A stretch of DNA of 63,481 nt, the filler included, from an uncultured Methanosarcinales archaeon (lineage in GTDB: Archaea; Nanobdellota; Nanobdellia; Woesearchaeales; CAZOXR01): assembly GCA_964566535.1 (NCBI GenBank). It is 4 parts of 4 records of this genome, joined end to end, with 100 filler letters (N's around TTAATTAATTAA, not from the genome) between each part and the next. Parts side by side here need not be neighbours in the genome. Positions count along the whole stretch, not along the records: positions 1 to 28,728 come from CAZMIO010000014.1; 3 more parts are not named here. One strand, 5' to 3'. The first letter of the stretch is position 1. Each line of letters begins with the position of its first letter. The notes under the pieces were generated by a model. The model saw only the letters and a list, made by a program, of their open reading frames with translations, was not told the origin of the DNA and did not search any database. This document shows positions 20,143 to 28,828 of the stretch, piece after piece. The translations under genes and the position numbers were made by a program.

Positions 20143-20665
20143 CCATCCCCCGCAACAATGCTTTCTTATTCAGCTCAATAATCTCTTCCTTAGCTCTAGG
20201 AAAGACCTTCTTCATAACCTTAAAAATAGATTCTTTATCCAAAATATCTTTACTTTTCAAATAAGCACCAACCATAATAACATTAGCAACTCTTTTATTC
20301 CCGAGTTCTTCAGCAATCTTTGTAGCATCAATCTCAAAAACTGTAACGTCCTCTCTACTAACCTTACTCTTACATTCAGAAATATTTAAGATCAGAATCC
20401 CGCCTTTGGCAACCTTGTCTTCAAATTTCCTCAAAGATTCATCATTCATTATTAGGATAGTGGTAGGATTAAGAATAACTGGACTCCCAATCTTCTTATC
20501 AGATATTGTAACACTTGAATTAGCAGTGCCTCCCCTCATCTCAACACCATACGAAACAGTACCACAAACTTCTAAACCTTGTTCCATTGCAGCATTAGCA
20601 ATCAAACTACCAGCAAGTACAACACCTTGCCCACCATACCCTGCAATTAAGATATCTTCCTTCAT
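20135..20665 (-). CDS. 2-oxoacid:ferredoxin oxidoreductase gamma subunit
   Basis: AGYGGQGV, SYGVEMRGGTANS, ANVIMVGA. Confidence 0.93.
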   Translation of the reverse strand: MKEDILIAGYGGQGVVLAGSLIANAAMEQGLEVCGTVSYGVEMRGGTANSSVTISDKKIGSPVILNPTTILIMNDESLRKFEDKVAKGGILILNISECKSKVSREDVTVFEIDATKIAEELGNKRVANVIMVGAYLKSKDILDKESIFKVMKKVFPRAKEEIIELNKKALLRGMGE

Positions 20666-21393
20666 CTCTCATTCCTCACATCTTTAAAAACCTTAAGTGG
20701 AAAATATTTTTTCATTTCATCAACAAAATCTAACCCTCCCTTAATATCAGTTTTCCAGCCAGTCGGACACATAGATAAAATCTCAACAAAAGAATAACCC
20801 TTACCTTCAATCTGGCACTTAAATGCTTTCATCAAAGCTTCCTTTGTTTTTTTAAAACCATCAGCATCGTGCACAGAAACCCGCTCAATATATGAAGGCC
20901 CATCTAGTGTACTTAACATCTCGCACATCTTCAATGGCATCCCTTCAGAATTATTCCCTCGTCCAGAAGGAGTAGTTGAAGTTACTTGATTAGGTAAAGT
21001 GGTAGGAGCCATCTGTCCTCCAGTCATTCCATAAATTGCATTATTAACAAATATAACTGTAATATTCTCTCCCCTATTTGCAGTATGTATCGTCTCATTA
21101 GTTCCTATTGCAGCCAAGTCCCCATCTCCTTGATAAGCAAAAACAAGCTTGTCTGGCAAACATCTTTTAATAGCACTCATTACTGATGGAACCCTTCCAT
21201 GAGAACATTCAATCATATCAACATTAATATAATTATAAAACAAAACAGCACAACCAACAGGAGCAGAACCAATTGTTTTCTCCCTAATCCCAAGTTCATC
21301 AATAACTTCACCCATTAGTTTGTGAACTAATGTATGGCCGCAGCCAGGACAATAGTGCATCTTCCCTTCTTTGATTGTAGTTCCTGGACTCAT
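20662..21393 (-). CDS. 2-oxoacid:ferredoxin oxidoreductase beta subunit (TPP-binding)
   Basis: YCPGCGH, PVGC, HGR, YQGDGDLAAIG, NNAIYGMTGGQMAPTT, EILSMCPTGW. Confidence 0.94.
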   Translation of the reverse strand: MSPGTTIKEGKMHYCPGCGHTLVHKLMGEVIDELGIREKTIGSAPVGCAVLFYNYINVDMIECSHGRVPSVMSAIKRCLPDKLVFAYQGDGDLAAIGTNETIHTANRGENITVIFVNNAIYGMTGGQMAPTTLPNQVTSTTPSGRGNNSEGMPLKMCEMLSTLDGPSYIERVSVHDADGFKKTKEALMKAFKCQIEGKGYSFVEILSMCPTGWKTDIKGGLDFVDEMKKYFPLKVFKDVRNER

Positions 21394-22442
21394 TTTATTT
21401 CATGTACCTTCTCAATTATTTGCTTGGTGTCGGGATACCATCCACCACCGTGACCCAAAAAGTAAAACTCTCCTTCGCAATCCATACTTAACTTTACATC
21501 CTCAATCAACTGTCCTTCACTCATCTCAACAACAAGAACTTTCTTCCCTTTATACTTACTAAACACTTTCTCCGGAAAAGGCCACAAACTAATTGGCTGG
21601 ACCAACCCTATCTTCACTCCCTCCTTCCTTAGATCATCAACAGATTCTCTACTAATTCTGGCAGGACTACCATAGGCAGCAATAATAATATCTGCATCAT
21701 CAGTCATATACTCATTACATAAACTCAACTCATCTTTTATCTTTCCATACTTCTCTTGTAAATGAATGTTATGCTTTACAAGAGAATCAGGAGGGGATAA
21801 CAATAAAGTCTTAATCACATGAGGCTCCCTTCCCTCACAACCATTCAACACCCAACTATCTTTAGAAGGCAAATCTAATATCGGCTTATAATTCCTTAAC
21901 TCAACAGGCTCAGCCATTTGTGCTAAAATTCCATCTCCTAATATCAAAACAGGATTCCTATAGTAATCAGCATAATCAAAAGCATTCATCGTAAGGTCAT
22001 ACAATTCTTGTATGTTGGATGGAGCAAGAACTATCAACTTATAGTCCCCATGACCCCCTCCTTTTGTTGACTGAAAATAATCTCCTTGTGAAGCCCTAAT
22101 ATTTCCCAAACCAGGACCTCCTCTAACCATATTAACAATTACACATGGTAATTCAGCAGAAGCCAGATAACTAATCCCTTCCTGTTTTAATGAAATCCCT
22201 GGAGAAGATGAAGAAGTCATACACCTTACACCGGAAGCCGAAGCCCCAAATATCATATTAATAGCAGACAACTCAGCTTCAGCCTGAATAAAAACTGCAT
22301 CAAAATCAGGACCTCTCTTAGACATATACTCAGGAATCTCATTCTGAGGAGTTATAGGATAACCTGCATAAAACTTACAACCAGCTCTAAGAGCCGCCTC
22401 TACGCAAGACTCATTCCCCTTCATCAATGCTTTCTCAGTCAT
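21390..22442 (-). CDS. vorB: 2-oxoacid:ferredoxin oxidoreductase alpha subunit (VorB/ketoisovalerate-type)
   Basis: LMKGNE, GYPITPQNEI, TSSSSPGISLKQEGISY, RGGPGLGNI, SQGDYFQSTKGGGHGDY. Start taken as ATG 22442. Confidence 0.88.
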   Translation of the reverse strand: MTEKALMKGNESCVEAALRAGCKFYAGYPITPQNEIPEYMSKRGPDFDAVFIQAEAELSAINMIFGASASGVRCMTSSSSPGISLKQEGISYLASAELPCVIVNMVRGGPGLGNIRASQGDYFQSTKGGGHGDYKLIVLAPSNIQELYDLTMNAFDYADYYRNPVLILGDGILAQMAEPVELRNYKPILDLPSKDSWVLNGCEGREPHVIKTLLLSPPDSLVKHNIHLQEKYGKIKDELSLCNEYMTDDADIIIAAYGSPARISRESVDDLRKEGVKIGLVQPISLWPFPEKVFSKYKGKKVLVVEMSEGQLIEDVKLSMDCEGEFYFLGHGGGWYPDTKQIIEKVHEIK

Positions 22443-22578
22443 TTTATCATTCCTTTGTATGTCAGGTACCACTGTTCTTCATCACAGTGATTCCAACTCA
22501 ATTGTGTGAACGAATTTTGCCTTCACTATAATCTTCAAGCAAAATTTCTATTTAGTATCCAACGTTTTATTTTTCTAA

Positions 22579-23718
22579 TCAACTCATCTTAATTAACTTC
22601 GAACCAATAGCAGGCTTAAGCTCCCTTCTGCAAGCATCAAGTTCATCACCAACAACAACAATCTCCCTTAAATCTGAACATCCTACATCAAGTTTCCCAG
22701 CCAACTCAATATGCTCAGCATCTTTAAGCAACCCAATCTCCTGAAAAACTTTATCAAGCGCAACTGGATCGCAAGAAGCCAAAACCATATTCATAAAAGC
22801 CGGTTCACCATACTTCATTGGACCATTACCTTGCATACCAATTGAAGCATCACCCAATGTTACATACTTAGGCAAAACCTTGTGCAGCTGTACAATGCCT
22901 TCAACAGCTTTTTTAGGATCCTTGCTTAATTCCTTATAATTCTCAGCAGAAATAAGCCTAGTCATGTTCTCTAATGCACCAACAATCCCCAATAATAAAT
23001 GAGTTTTAAGTATGGGAACATTAATCACTAAATCACTATCAAAGACTTCCTTAGCAATGCTAAAATTAATCCCCTCACTTTCTTTCTCAACAAACTCACT
23101 CTTAGAAACATCAACAAACTTAATTCCTAACTCCTTAACAATTTTCCCAAAGCCACTTTTACTAACTGCCTTTCCAAAATCACCATACTGAGTTTGCTCA
23201 GCAAGAGTAATATTCTCCACCTTAACACCCTTCTCAACCAAATAATCAATCAAAGCCTTAACAACCTTAGGGTTAGTAGTCATAGCTAGATATGGATAAG
23301 CTTCAACCATCACATCTGGCTTTATCAGTACCCTCGTACTATCATCAACATCAACCCCACCAATCAATTCCAAAGCCTGCTTAACAGCTTCATCATAATC
23401 ATATTTAATCTTAACAATAGCTACGGCATTTTCATCATCACTTTTCTTCCATGAAAACTCGTCCCCTATCTTATATTCCTTCATTACTTTCTTAGGCATC
23501 CGGTTTCCATTCTCATCCTCTAAAATCAAGGTATAGTAAGGCACAATTGGATGTATTGGTGAAGGAATAGAAATTTTAGTAACACCAACCACTTTTGTCT
23601 TCTTACCAACAATCTTTTCAATCTTTCCACCATCCTTACAATAAACACATTTCTCAATAGGGTAAATCCATTTCTTGTTACATTCTTTACATATCCATCT
23701 TATTATCAATTCAACCAC
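22579..23718 (-). CDS. Fusion of a DUF35-like Zn-ribbon/OB domain and a DUF362-like domain
   Basis: N-terminus CKEC...YP...CVYC followed by an OB-like VPY segment. C-terminus RVLIKPD, TTNPKVV, DLVINVPILKTH, GNGP..GEP, DPVALD. Confidence 0.75.
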   Translation of the reverse strand: MVELIIRWICKECNKKWIYPIEKCVYCKDGGKIEKIVGKKTKVVGVTKISIPSPIHPIVPYYTLILEDENGNRMPKKVMKEYKIGDEFSWKKSDDENAVAIVKIKYDYDEAVKQALELIGGVDVDDSTRVLIKPDVMVEAYPYLAMTTNPKVVKALIDYLVEKGVKVENITLAEQTQYGDFGKAVSKSGFGKIVKELGIKFVDVSKSEFVEKESEGINFSIAKEVFDSDLVINVPILKTHLLLGIVGALENMTRLISAENYKELSKDPKKAVEGIVQLHKVLPKYVTLGDASIGMQGNGPMKYGEPAFMNMVLASCDPVALDKVFQEIGLLKDAEHIELAGKLDVGCSDLREIVVVGDELDACRRELKPAIGSKLIKMS

Positions 23719-24844
23719 CTACATTCTTAAAAATATTTACACTAATAGAAGCTCCAACACCACCTATATTCTGAGTCATTCCATATTTGTGTTTACTTAT
23801 TTGTCTATCTCCGCATTCTCCTCTTAACTGTTTGACAATTTCATAAACTTGCGCAAGTCCAGTAGGGCTAATTGGATGCCCCCTTGCTTTAAGTCCACCG
23901 CCAGTGTTTACTGGTAGCTTACCATCTAGCTTAGTTACTCCATCCCTTATCATCTTTGAACCTTCACCTTTTTTACAAAATCCTAAATCTTCATAAGACA
24001 TAAGCTCAAGAATCGTAAAAGCATCATGTACCTCTAAAACATCAACAGAACTTGCACCAATCTCTGCTTGATTATAAGCCTGCTCACTAGCCAACTTACT
24101 AGCCTTAAATTCAACTAAACTATCTCTCTCCATTGTCATCAAATAATCAGTTGCAAAACCACTACCTGCAATCTCAATATCTGTCTTATCCTTAGTCAAA
24201 ATAGTAGCAGCAGCTCCATTAACACTTATACTACAATCAAACAACCTTAGCGGAGAAGCAACAACAGGGGAATTCTTAATCTTATCCAAGCCAACTTTCT
24301 TACCATAAAAAGCAGCTTTCGGATTCAAAAAAGCATTCTCATGATTCTTGTGGGCAATCATTGCTAGATCATCAGAGGTAGCATCAAACTTCATCATATA
24401 CTGTTGCGCTAAAAGTGCATTCTCAGCAGGAAATATCAATCCCTCTTCCTGACTCCATACTCTGTCAGCTGCACTCAATATCTCATTAGTAATTGCCTCA
24501 GTTTTATTACATGCAATCTTATCTGTAGCAACAACCAAAACGTTATCAAAACCCAGTCTGTTAGCAGTCCATAAAGCAGCCCCACCACCACCACAAACAG
24601 CAGGAACCCGAATAATCGGAATTTTTTTCTTCAACAAAGAACTCAAAAGCGACTGATAATGCCTTTGCCTTTCATCAGTCATTAAAGTATCAACAGTGGC
24701 AACAACAACAGCATCAATATCTTCCATCGATACATTTGAATCTTTTAATGCCTCAAGAATCGCATCATCAGCAAGTTTAAAACTACTCTCATCATCTACC
24801 GAAAACTTGCTCATACCAACTCCTTGGACATACATAGAATTCAC
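23711..24844 (-). CDS. Archaeal/SCP2-type thiolase, copy 2
   Basis: PAVCGGGG (Cys), PLRLFDCS, EVHDAFT, NTGGGLKARGHPISPTG, QNIGG. Confidence 0.92.
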   Translation of the reverse strand: MNSMYVQGVGMSKFSVDDESSFKLADDAILEALKDSNVSMEDIDAVVVATVDTLMTDERQRHYQSLLSSLLKKKIPIIRVPAVCGGGGAALWTANRLGFDNVLVVATDKIACNKTEAITNEILSAADRVWSQEEGLIFPAENALLAQQYMMKFDATSDDLAMIAHKNHENAFLNPKAAFYGKKVGLDKIKNSPVVASPLRLFDCSISVNGAAATILTKDKTDIEIAGSGFATDYLMTMERDSLVEFKASKLASEQAYNQAEIGASSVDVLEVHDAFTILELMSYEDLGFCKKGEGSKMIRDGVTKLDGKLPVNTGGGLKARGHPISPTGLAQVYEIVKQLRGECGDRQISKHKYGMTQNIGGVGASISVNIFKNVGG

Positions 24845-25341
24845 CTATATACCGGGCTGTATTTTGATCTAAATTGTTTTCTGTCAACCACAGCCAGCAT
24901 TAGCATACATTGTGCAACCGTATTTCCATCAACTTTTGCAATTGCTTGAAGCATTGCTCCTTTCTCATCCTGTCCCATTAGTGTTATTTCATAAACTAAC
25001 TGGTCCCCTGGGAAAGTAGGAGCATTAAACTTAGCTTCTTTAATTTTATAAGCAAGAACTTCCTTTTCATGGTGATTTTCAAGATTATATCTCACAAGTA
25101 AAGTTCCAGCTTGACCTAATCCTTCAATAATAAGTGCACCAGGCATTATTGGAAATCCTGCAAAGTGACCTTTAAAAAAATCCTCATTAGCACTAGTATT
25201 TTTTATAGCAACTATCTTATTTTTCTCTATACTAGTGACTCTGTCAATCATCAAAAAAGGGGCTTCATAGGGTATAATCTGCTTGATTCCATTGGAATCT
25301 ATCTGTCCTTTTTCGTCCTTAAATTCATCTATTGATTTCAT
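24841..25341 (-). CDS. fabZ: 3-hydroxyacyl-thioester dehydratase (FabZ hot-dog fold)
   Basis: IPYEAPFLMIDRV, FFKGHFAGFPIMPGALIIEGLGQ (catalytic His/Glu), FPGD; SD GGAGG upstream. Confidence 0.93.
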   Translation of the reverse strand: MKSIDEFKDEKGQIDSNGIKQIIPYEAPFLMIDRVTSIEKNKIVAIKNTSANEDFFKGHFAGFPIMPGALIIEGLGQAGTLLVRYNLENHHEKEVLAYKIKEAKFNAPTFPGDQLVYEITLMGQDEKGAMLQAIAKVDGNTVAQCMLMLAVVDRKQFRSKYSPVYR

Positions 25342-25456
25342 TTAATATTCCTCCATCCAACACCCACATTCTAGTCAAGGAAAGAAAAGTCCATTTAAAA
25401 AGGCTTCGCTTTCTAATCATAACGTTTAAATAGGCCTAAAAGCTCCAAAATACCTC
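25342..25456. promoter_or_regulatory. Divergent promoter region for the lipid operon and accC-birA
   Basis: Back-to-back TATA-like boxes: TTTTTAAAT on the minus strand (about 25394-25402) and TTTAAATA on the plus strand (about 25425-25432). Confidence 0.5.
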
Positions 25457-27358
25457 ATGAATACCAAGCCAAACAAGATAGAAAGAATACTAAATAAGCT
25501 ACTTTCACCAGTGGAAATTAGCTACAAATTAGTCCAAAAAATAGCCAAAAAAACACATGATTCAATACCTTTCGTTTATCATGAAGTTGAAGCCCTAATT
25601 AAGTCTCAATTAGTCGGTTTAGAGAAAGATAAGACTCTCCTTCACTCACCAGACATAGAATCATTTACTAGTGTTATAGCAAATAATGTAATGAAGAAAC
25701 TTCCTAACATTGATGAAACAGATATTAAGAAAGTTGTTGCAGAAAAATCATCAAAATCATTTCTAGATATGCTTACAAGGGGACTTGGACAAACAATCGA
25801 AAAAGAAAAAGACTTTACAGTTCTAAAAGAAGAAAAACGCTTAAAAAAAATACTAATTGCAAACAGGGGAGAAATAGCATTAAGGGTTATCAGAGCATGC
25901 AAAGAACTAGGAATCCAAACAGTAGTTGTTTACACTAAACACGATAAAGATTCTTTAGCAGTAAGATTCGCAGATCAGGCTCACTGCATTGGAAACGCAA
26001 ACGGTTATCTAGAACCAAAAAAGATAGTTGAAATAGCAAAAAAAACCAACTCCCAAGCAATCCATCCAGGTTATGGTTTCTTAGCAGAGAATGCAGAGTT
26101 TGCAGAGATGTGTGAAAAAAACAAAATCAAGTTTATTGGCCCTACTTCAAAAACAATTAACTTACTGGGAAACAAAATCCAAGCCAGAGAAGTTATGATA
26201 AATTCAAACGTTCCAGTTCTTAGCGGAACAAGGAAAACATTAGAGAATGAAACACACGCATCGGATATTGCCGAAAAAATAGGATACCCCATAATGATAA
26301 AAGCAGTTGGAGGAGGCGGTGGGAAGGGTATGAGAATTATTAAATCAAAAAAAGAACTAGCAGAAGGTTATAAGTCTGCAGAAGTAGAAGCGGCAATGTC
26401 ATTTGGAAACTCAGAACTTTACATGGAAAAATATTTAGAAGATCCTAGACACATCGAATTCCAAATTCTCGCAGACCAGCATGGAAAGATTATCCATTTA
26501 GGGGAAAGAGAATGTAGTATCCAAAGAAAACACCAAAAACTAATTGAAGAAGCTCCTTCAGTAGCATTAAACAAAAAACTTAGGGAAACTATGGGCAGTG
26601 CCGCAGTAAAAGCAGTATCAGCAGTTGGTTATCAAGGCGCAGGAACAGTAGAATTCTTACTTGACCCAAATAATAACTTCTTTTTCATTGAAATGAATAC
26701 AAGAATCCAAGTAGAGCACGGAGTTACTGAAATGATAACAGGTGTTGACTTAGTAAAGGAACAAATAAAGCTTGCAGCAGGAGCAAAACTTGCTTACAAT
26801 CAAGACGACATCAAAATGAATGGTTGGGCAATTGAATGTAGGATTAATGCAGAATGTCCAGAGGAAGGATTCTGTCCGGATGTTGGCGCAATCACTAACT
26901 ACCTCCCTCCAGGTGGGCCAGGAATTAGGGTATGCTCAAGCTGCCACACAGGCCATATAATCTCCCCTCATTACGATTCATTAATATCAAAATTAATTTG
27001 CGGTGGAAAAAATAGAAACGAAGCAATAGCAAGGATGAAAAGGGCCCTAGACGAGTACATTATAGACGGAGTAAAAACAACAATCCCATTCCATAAAGTT
27101 GTTTTAGAAAATAAACAATTCCAAAGGGGGAACATCTCAACATCATTTATAGAAAAGTACGACATCCTTAGCGAATTAAAAAAAGTGAAAAAATCAAAGA
27201 AAAAGGAATTGTCAAAAAAAGAAAAGTTATTAATAGTTACAACCGCAGTTTCAAAATATGTTGGAAACAGGGGAACAACAACCAGCAATAGAACCAGTCC
27301 ATGGGTCATGACTGGAAGACAAGAAGCAATTAGTCAAAATGAAAGTTCATCATTTTAA
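25457..27358 (+). CDS. accC: Biotin carboxylase subunit with a roughly 125-aa N-terminal extension
   Basis: KILIANRGEIA, AIHPGYGFLAEN, GGGGKGMR, ERECSIQRKHQK, FIEMNTRIQVEH, ECRINAE, YDSLISKL; tail ...TAVSKY...SPWVMTGR. Confidence 0.92.
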   Translation: MNTKPNKIERILNKLLSPVEISYKLVQKIAKKTHDSIPFVYHEVEALIKSQLVGLEKDKTLLHSPDIESFTSVIANNVMKKLPNIDETDIKKVVAEKSSKSFLDMLTRGLGQTIEKEKDFTVLKEEKRLKKILIANRGEIALRVIRACKELGIQTVVVYTKHDKDSLAVRFADQAHCIGNANGYLEPKKIVEIAKKTNSQAIHPGYGFLAENAEFAEMCEKNKIKFIGPTSKTINLLGNKIQAREVMINSNVPVLSGTRKTLENETHASDIAEKIGYPIMIKAVGGGGGKGMRIIKSKKELAEGYKSAEVEAAMSFGNSELYMEKYLEDPRHIEFQILADQHGKIIHLGERECSIQRKHQKLIEEAPSVALNKKLRETMGSAAVKAVSAVGYQGAGTVEFLLDPNNNFFFIEMNTRIQVEHGVTEMITGVDLVKEQIKLAAGAKLAYNQDDIKMNGWAIECRINAECPEEGFCPDVGAITNYLPPGGPGIRVCSSCHTGHIISPHYDSLISKLICGGKNRNEAIARMKRALDEYIIDGVKTTIPFHKVVLENKQFQRGNISTSFIEKYDILSELKKVKKSKKKELSKKEKLLIVTTAVSKYVGNRGTTTSNRTSPWVMTGRQEAISQNESSSF

Positions 27359-28034
27359 AACATTAGACTCCACAAACACAAAAGCAAGAGACTTCTCAAA
27401 AAATAACTTAATCGTAGCAGATACCCAGACAAAAGGTAGAGGCAGACATAAAAGACAATGGGATTCTAATAAAGGGGGACTATGGCTTTCCATTGTTCTC
27501 GAACCAAAAACAAAAAACCCAGCAGAACTAACATTTCTAGCAGCAGTTGCAGTACAAAAAGCAATAAAAAGAACTACAAAACTAGAAACAAAAATAAAAT
27601 GGCCAAACGACCTCCTCCATAAAGACAAAAAGTTATGTGGAATCCTAACAGAAGCAATTTTCAAGGGAAACTCAAAAAAAATGATCGTAGGCATTGGAAT
27701 CAACGTCAACAACAAACTTCCAATATCGTTAAAATCAAAAGCAACATCAATAAAAGAAATACTAAAAAAAGAAACAAACCTAAAAGGACTACTAACAAAC
27801 CTAATAAATCAATTTAACACACTCCACAAAACATACCAAGAAAAAGGATTCATACCAATATTAAACAAATGGAAAAGCTCATGTGACACAATAGGCAAAG
27901 CAATCAAAGTCAAAACATTAAAACAAAGATTAGTAGGCAAAGCAATCAAAGTAAACAAAGACTGCAGCCTAACAATAAGACTAAAGAACAACAAACTAAA
28001 GAAGATTGTAGAAGGAGATATTTTTACGGTATAA
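27339..28034 (+). CDS. birA: Biotin--protein ligase (class I, no HTH)
   Basis: DSTN, QTKGRGR, KWPND, KKLCGIL, VGIGINVN. Confidence 0.96.
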   Translation: MKVHHFKTLDSTNTKARDFSKNNLIVADTQTKGRGRHKRQWDSNKGGLWLSIVLEPKTKNPAELTFLAAVAVQKAIKRTTKLETKIKWPNDLLHKDKKLCGILTEAIFKGNSKKMIVGIGINVNNKLPISLKSKATSIKEILKKETNLKGLLTNLINQFNTLHKTYQEKGFIPILNKWKSSCDTIGKAIKVKTLKQRLVGKAIKVNKDCSLTIRLKNNKLKKIVEGDIFTV

Positions 28035-28124
28035 TTTGAGAAGTAAGGGATATCATTAACAAAGATTTAAAAATAAAGTATGTTTTCTCCACTATAGGTT
28101 TATAGTTATTGAGGGAAACAAACA

Positions 28125-28583
28125 ATGGCAGACATAATCCAATTTGATCCAAACCGTGGCAAGGGTGCAAGACAGCAATACCGGAGACAGTCCCCTCCTG
28201 CAAGAATGGGAATTAGTGAAAAAGTAGCTGCCGTTATGGATGCCTCAGAAGGGGTCACATTGAGGTCAGAAATTGGGGATAATTACGATTTACTGGTCGG
28301 AGTTCAGGAACAGGTGGGTATGATTAGACAGGCCGAAAGAACTAGGCAACTAAATCAAATGGATGGTAACTGGACATATGATGAAGCTATTGGATACCTC
28401 AAAGCAGTGGATGCTCATGAGATCACAACCAACCCTGCGTATTGTCTTGCTATTTTTAGGTTAGCTCATACACTTGAACTGACCCACTTGCAGAAGTTAT
28501 TGGTGAAATTGAGAGAGCGGAACAACAAAGACGAGATCCCAAGTCACCATTTAACATGGATCCAAAATAGTTTAATACTCTAA
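28125..28583 (+). CDS. Hypothetical protein
   Basis: 152-aa ORF with an SD-like GAGGG; base composition less skewed than its neighbours. Confidence 0.55.
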   Translation: MADIIQFDPNRGKGARQQYRRQSPPARMGISEKVAAVMDASEGVTLRSEIGDNYDLLVGVQEQVGMIRQAERTRQLNQMDGNWTYDEAIGYLKAVDAHEITTNPAYCLAIFRLAHTLELTHLQKLLVKLRERNNKDEIPSHHLTWIQNSLIL

Positions 28584-28685
28584 GTCTAACATAAGAAATA
28601 TATTCCCATAATATCTTAATTCTTAGAGATTGCAACTTACCTTTTTTTAGAACTTAAATTTTATTGAACATAACCCTTGTTATAC

Positions 28686-28721
28686 GCCCCGACGACTGAA
28701 AGGAGGAGAGCGCAGCGGGGC
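28686..28721. repeat. GC-rich REP-like hairpin at the contig end
   Basis: GCCCCG...CGGGGC stem enclosing ACGACTGAAAGGAGGAG, 7 bp before the contig break. Confidence 0.45.
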
Positions 28722-28728
28722 ACGGAGC

Positions 28729-28828
28729 NNNNNNNNNNNNNNNNNNNNNNNNNNNNNNNNNNNNNNNNNNNNTTAATTAATTAANNNNNNNNNNNNNNNN
28801 NNNNNNNNNNNNNNNNNNNNNNNNNNNN
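28729..28828. other. Artificial contig linker (N44-TTAATTAATTAA-N44)
   Basis: Six-frame stop linker at 28773-28784, flanked by 44 N on each side. Confidence 0.98.

Noticed and set aside
12797..28034. Lipid operon as bacterial contamination
   Set aside because: It is gap-free with archaeal rps2/radA/fen, includes archaeal-type thiolases and DUF35, has TATA-like promoters, and shares the strand skew. Read-level confirmation is still advisable.
28729..28828. TTAATTAATTAA palindrome recurring three times (also 55706 and 60520)
   Set aside because: Each copy is centred in exactly 44+44 N, so it is an artificial six-frame stop linker. Adjacency across these points is not biological.
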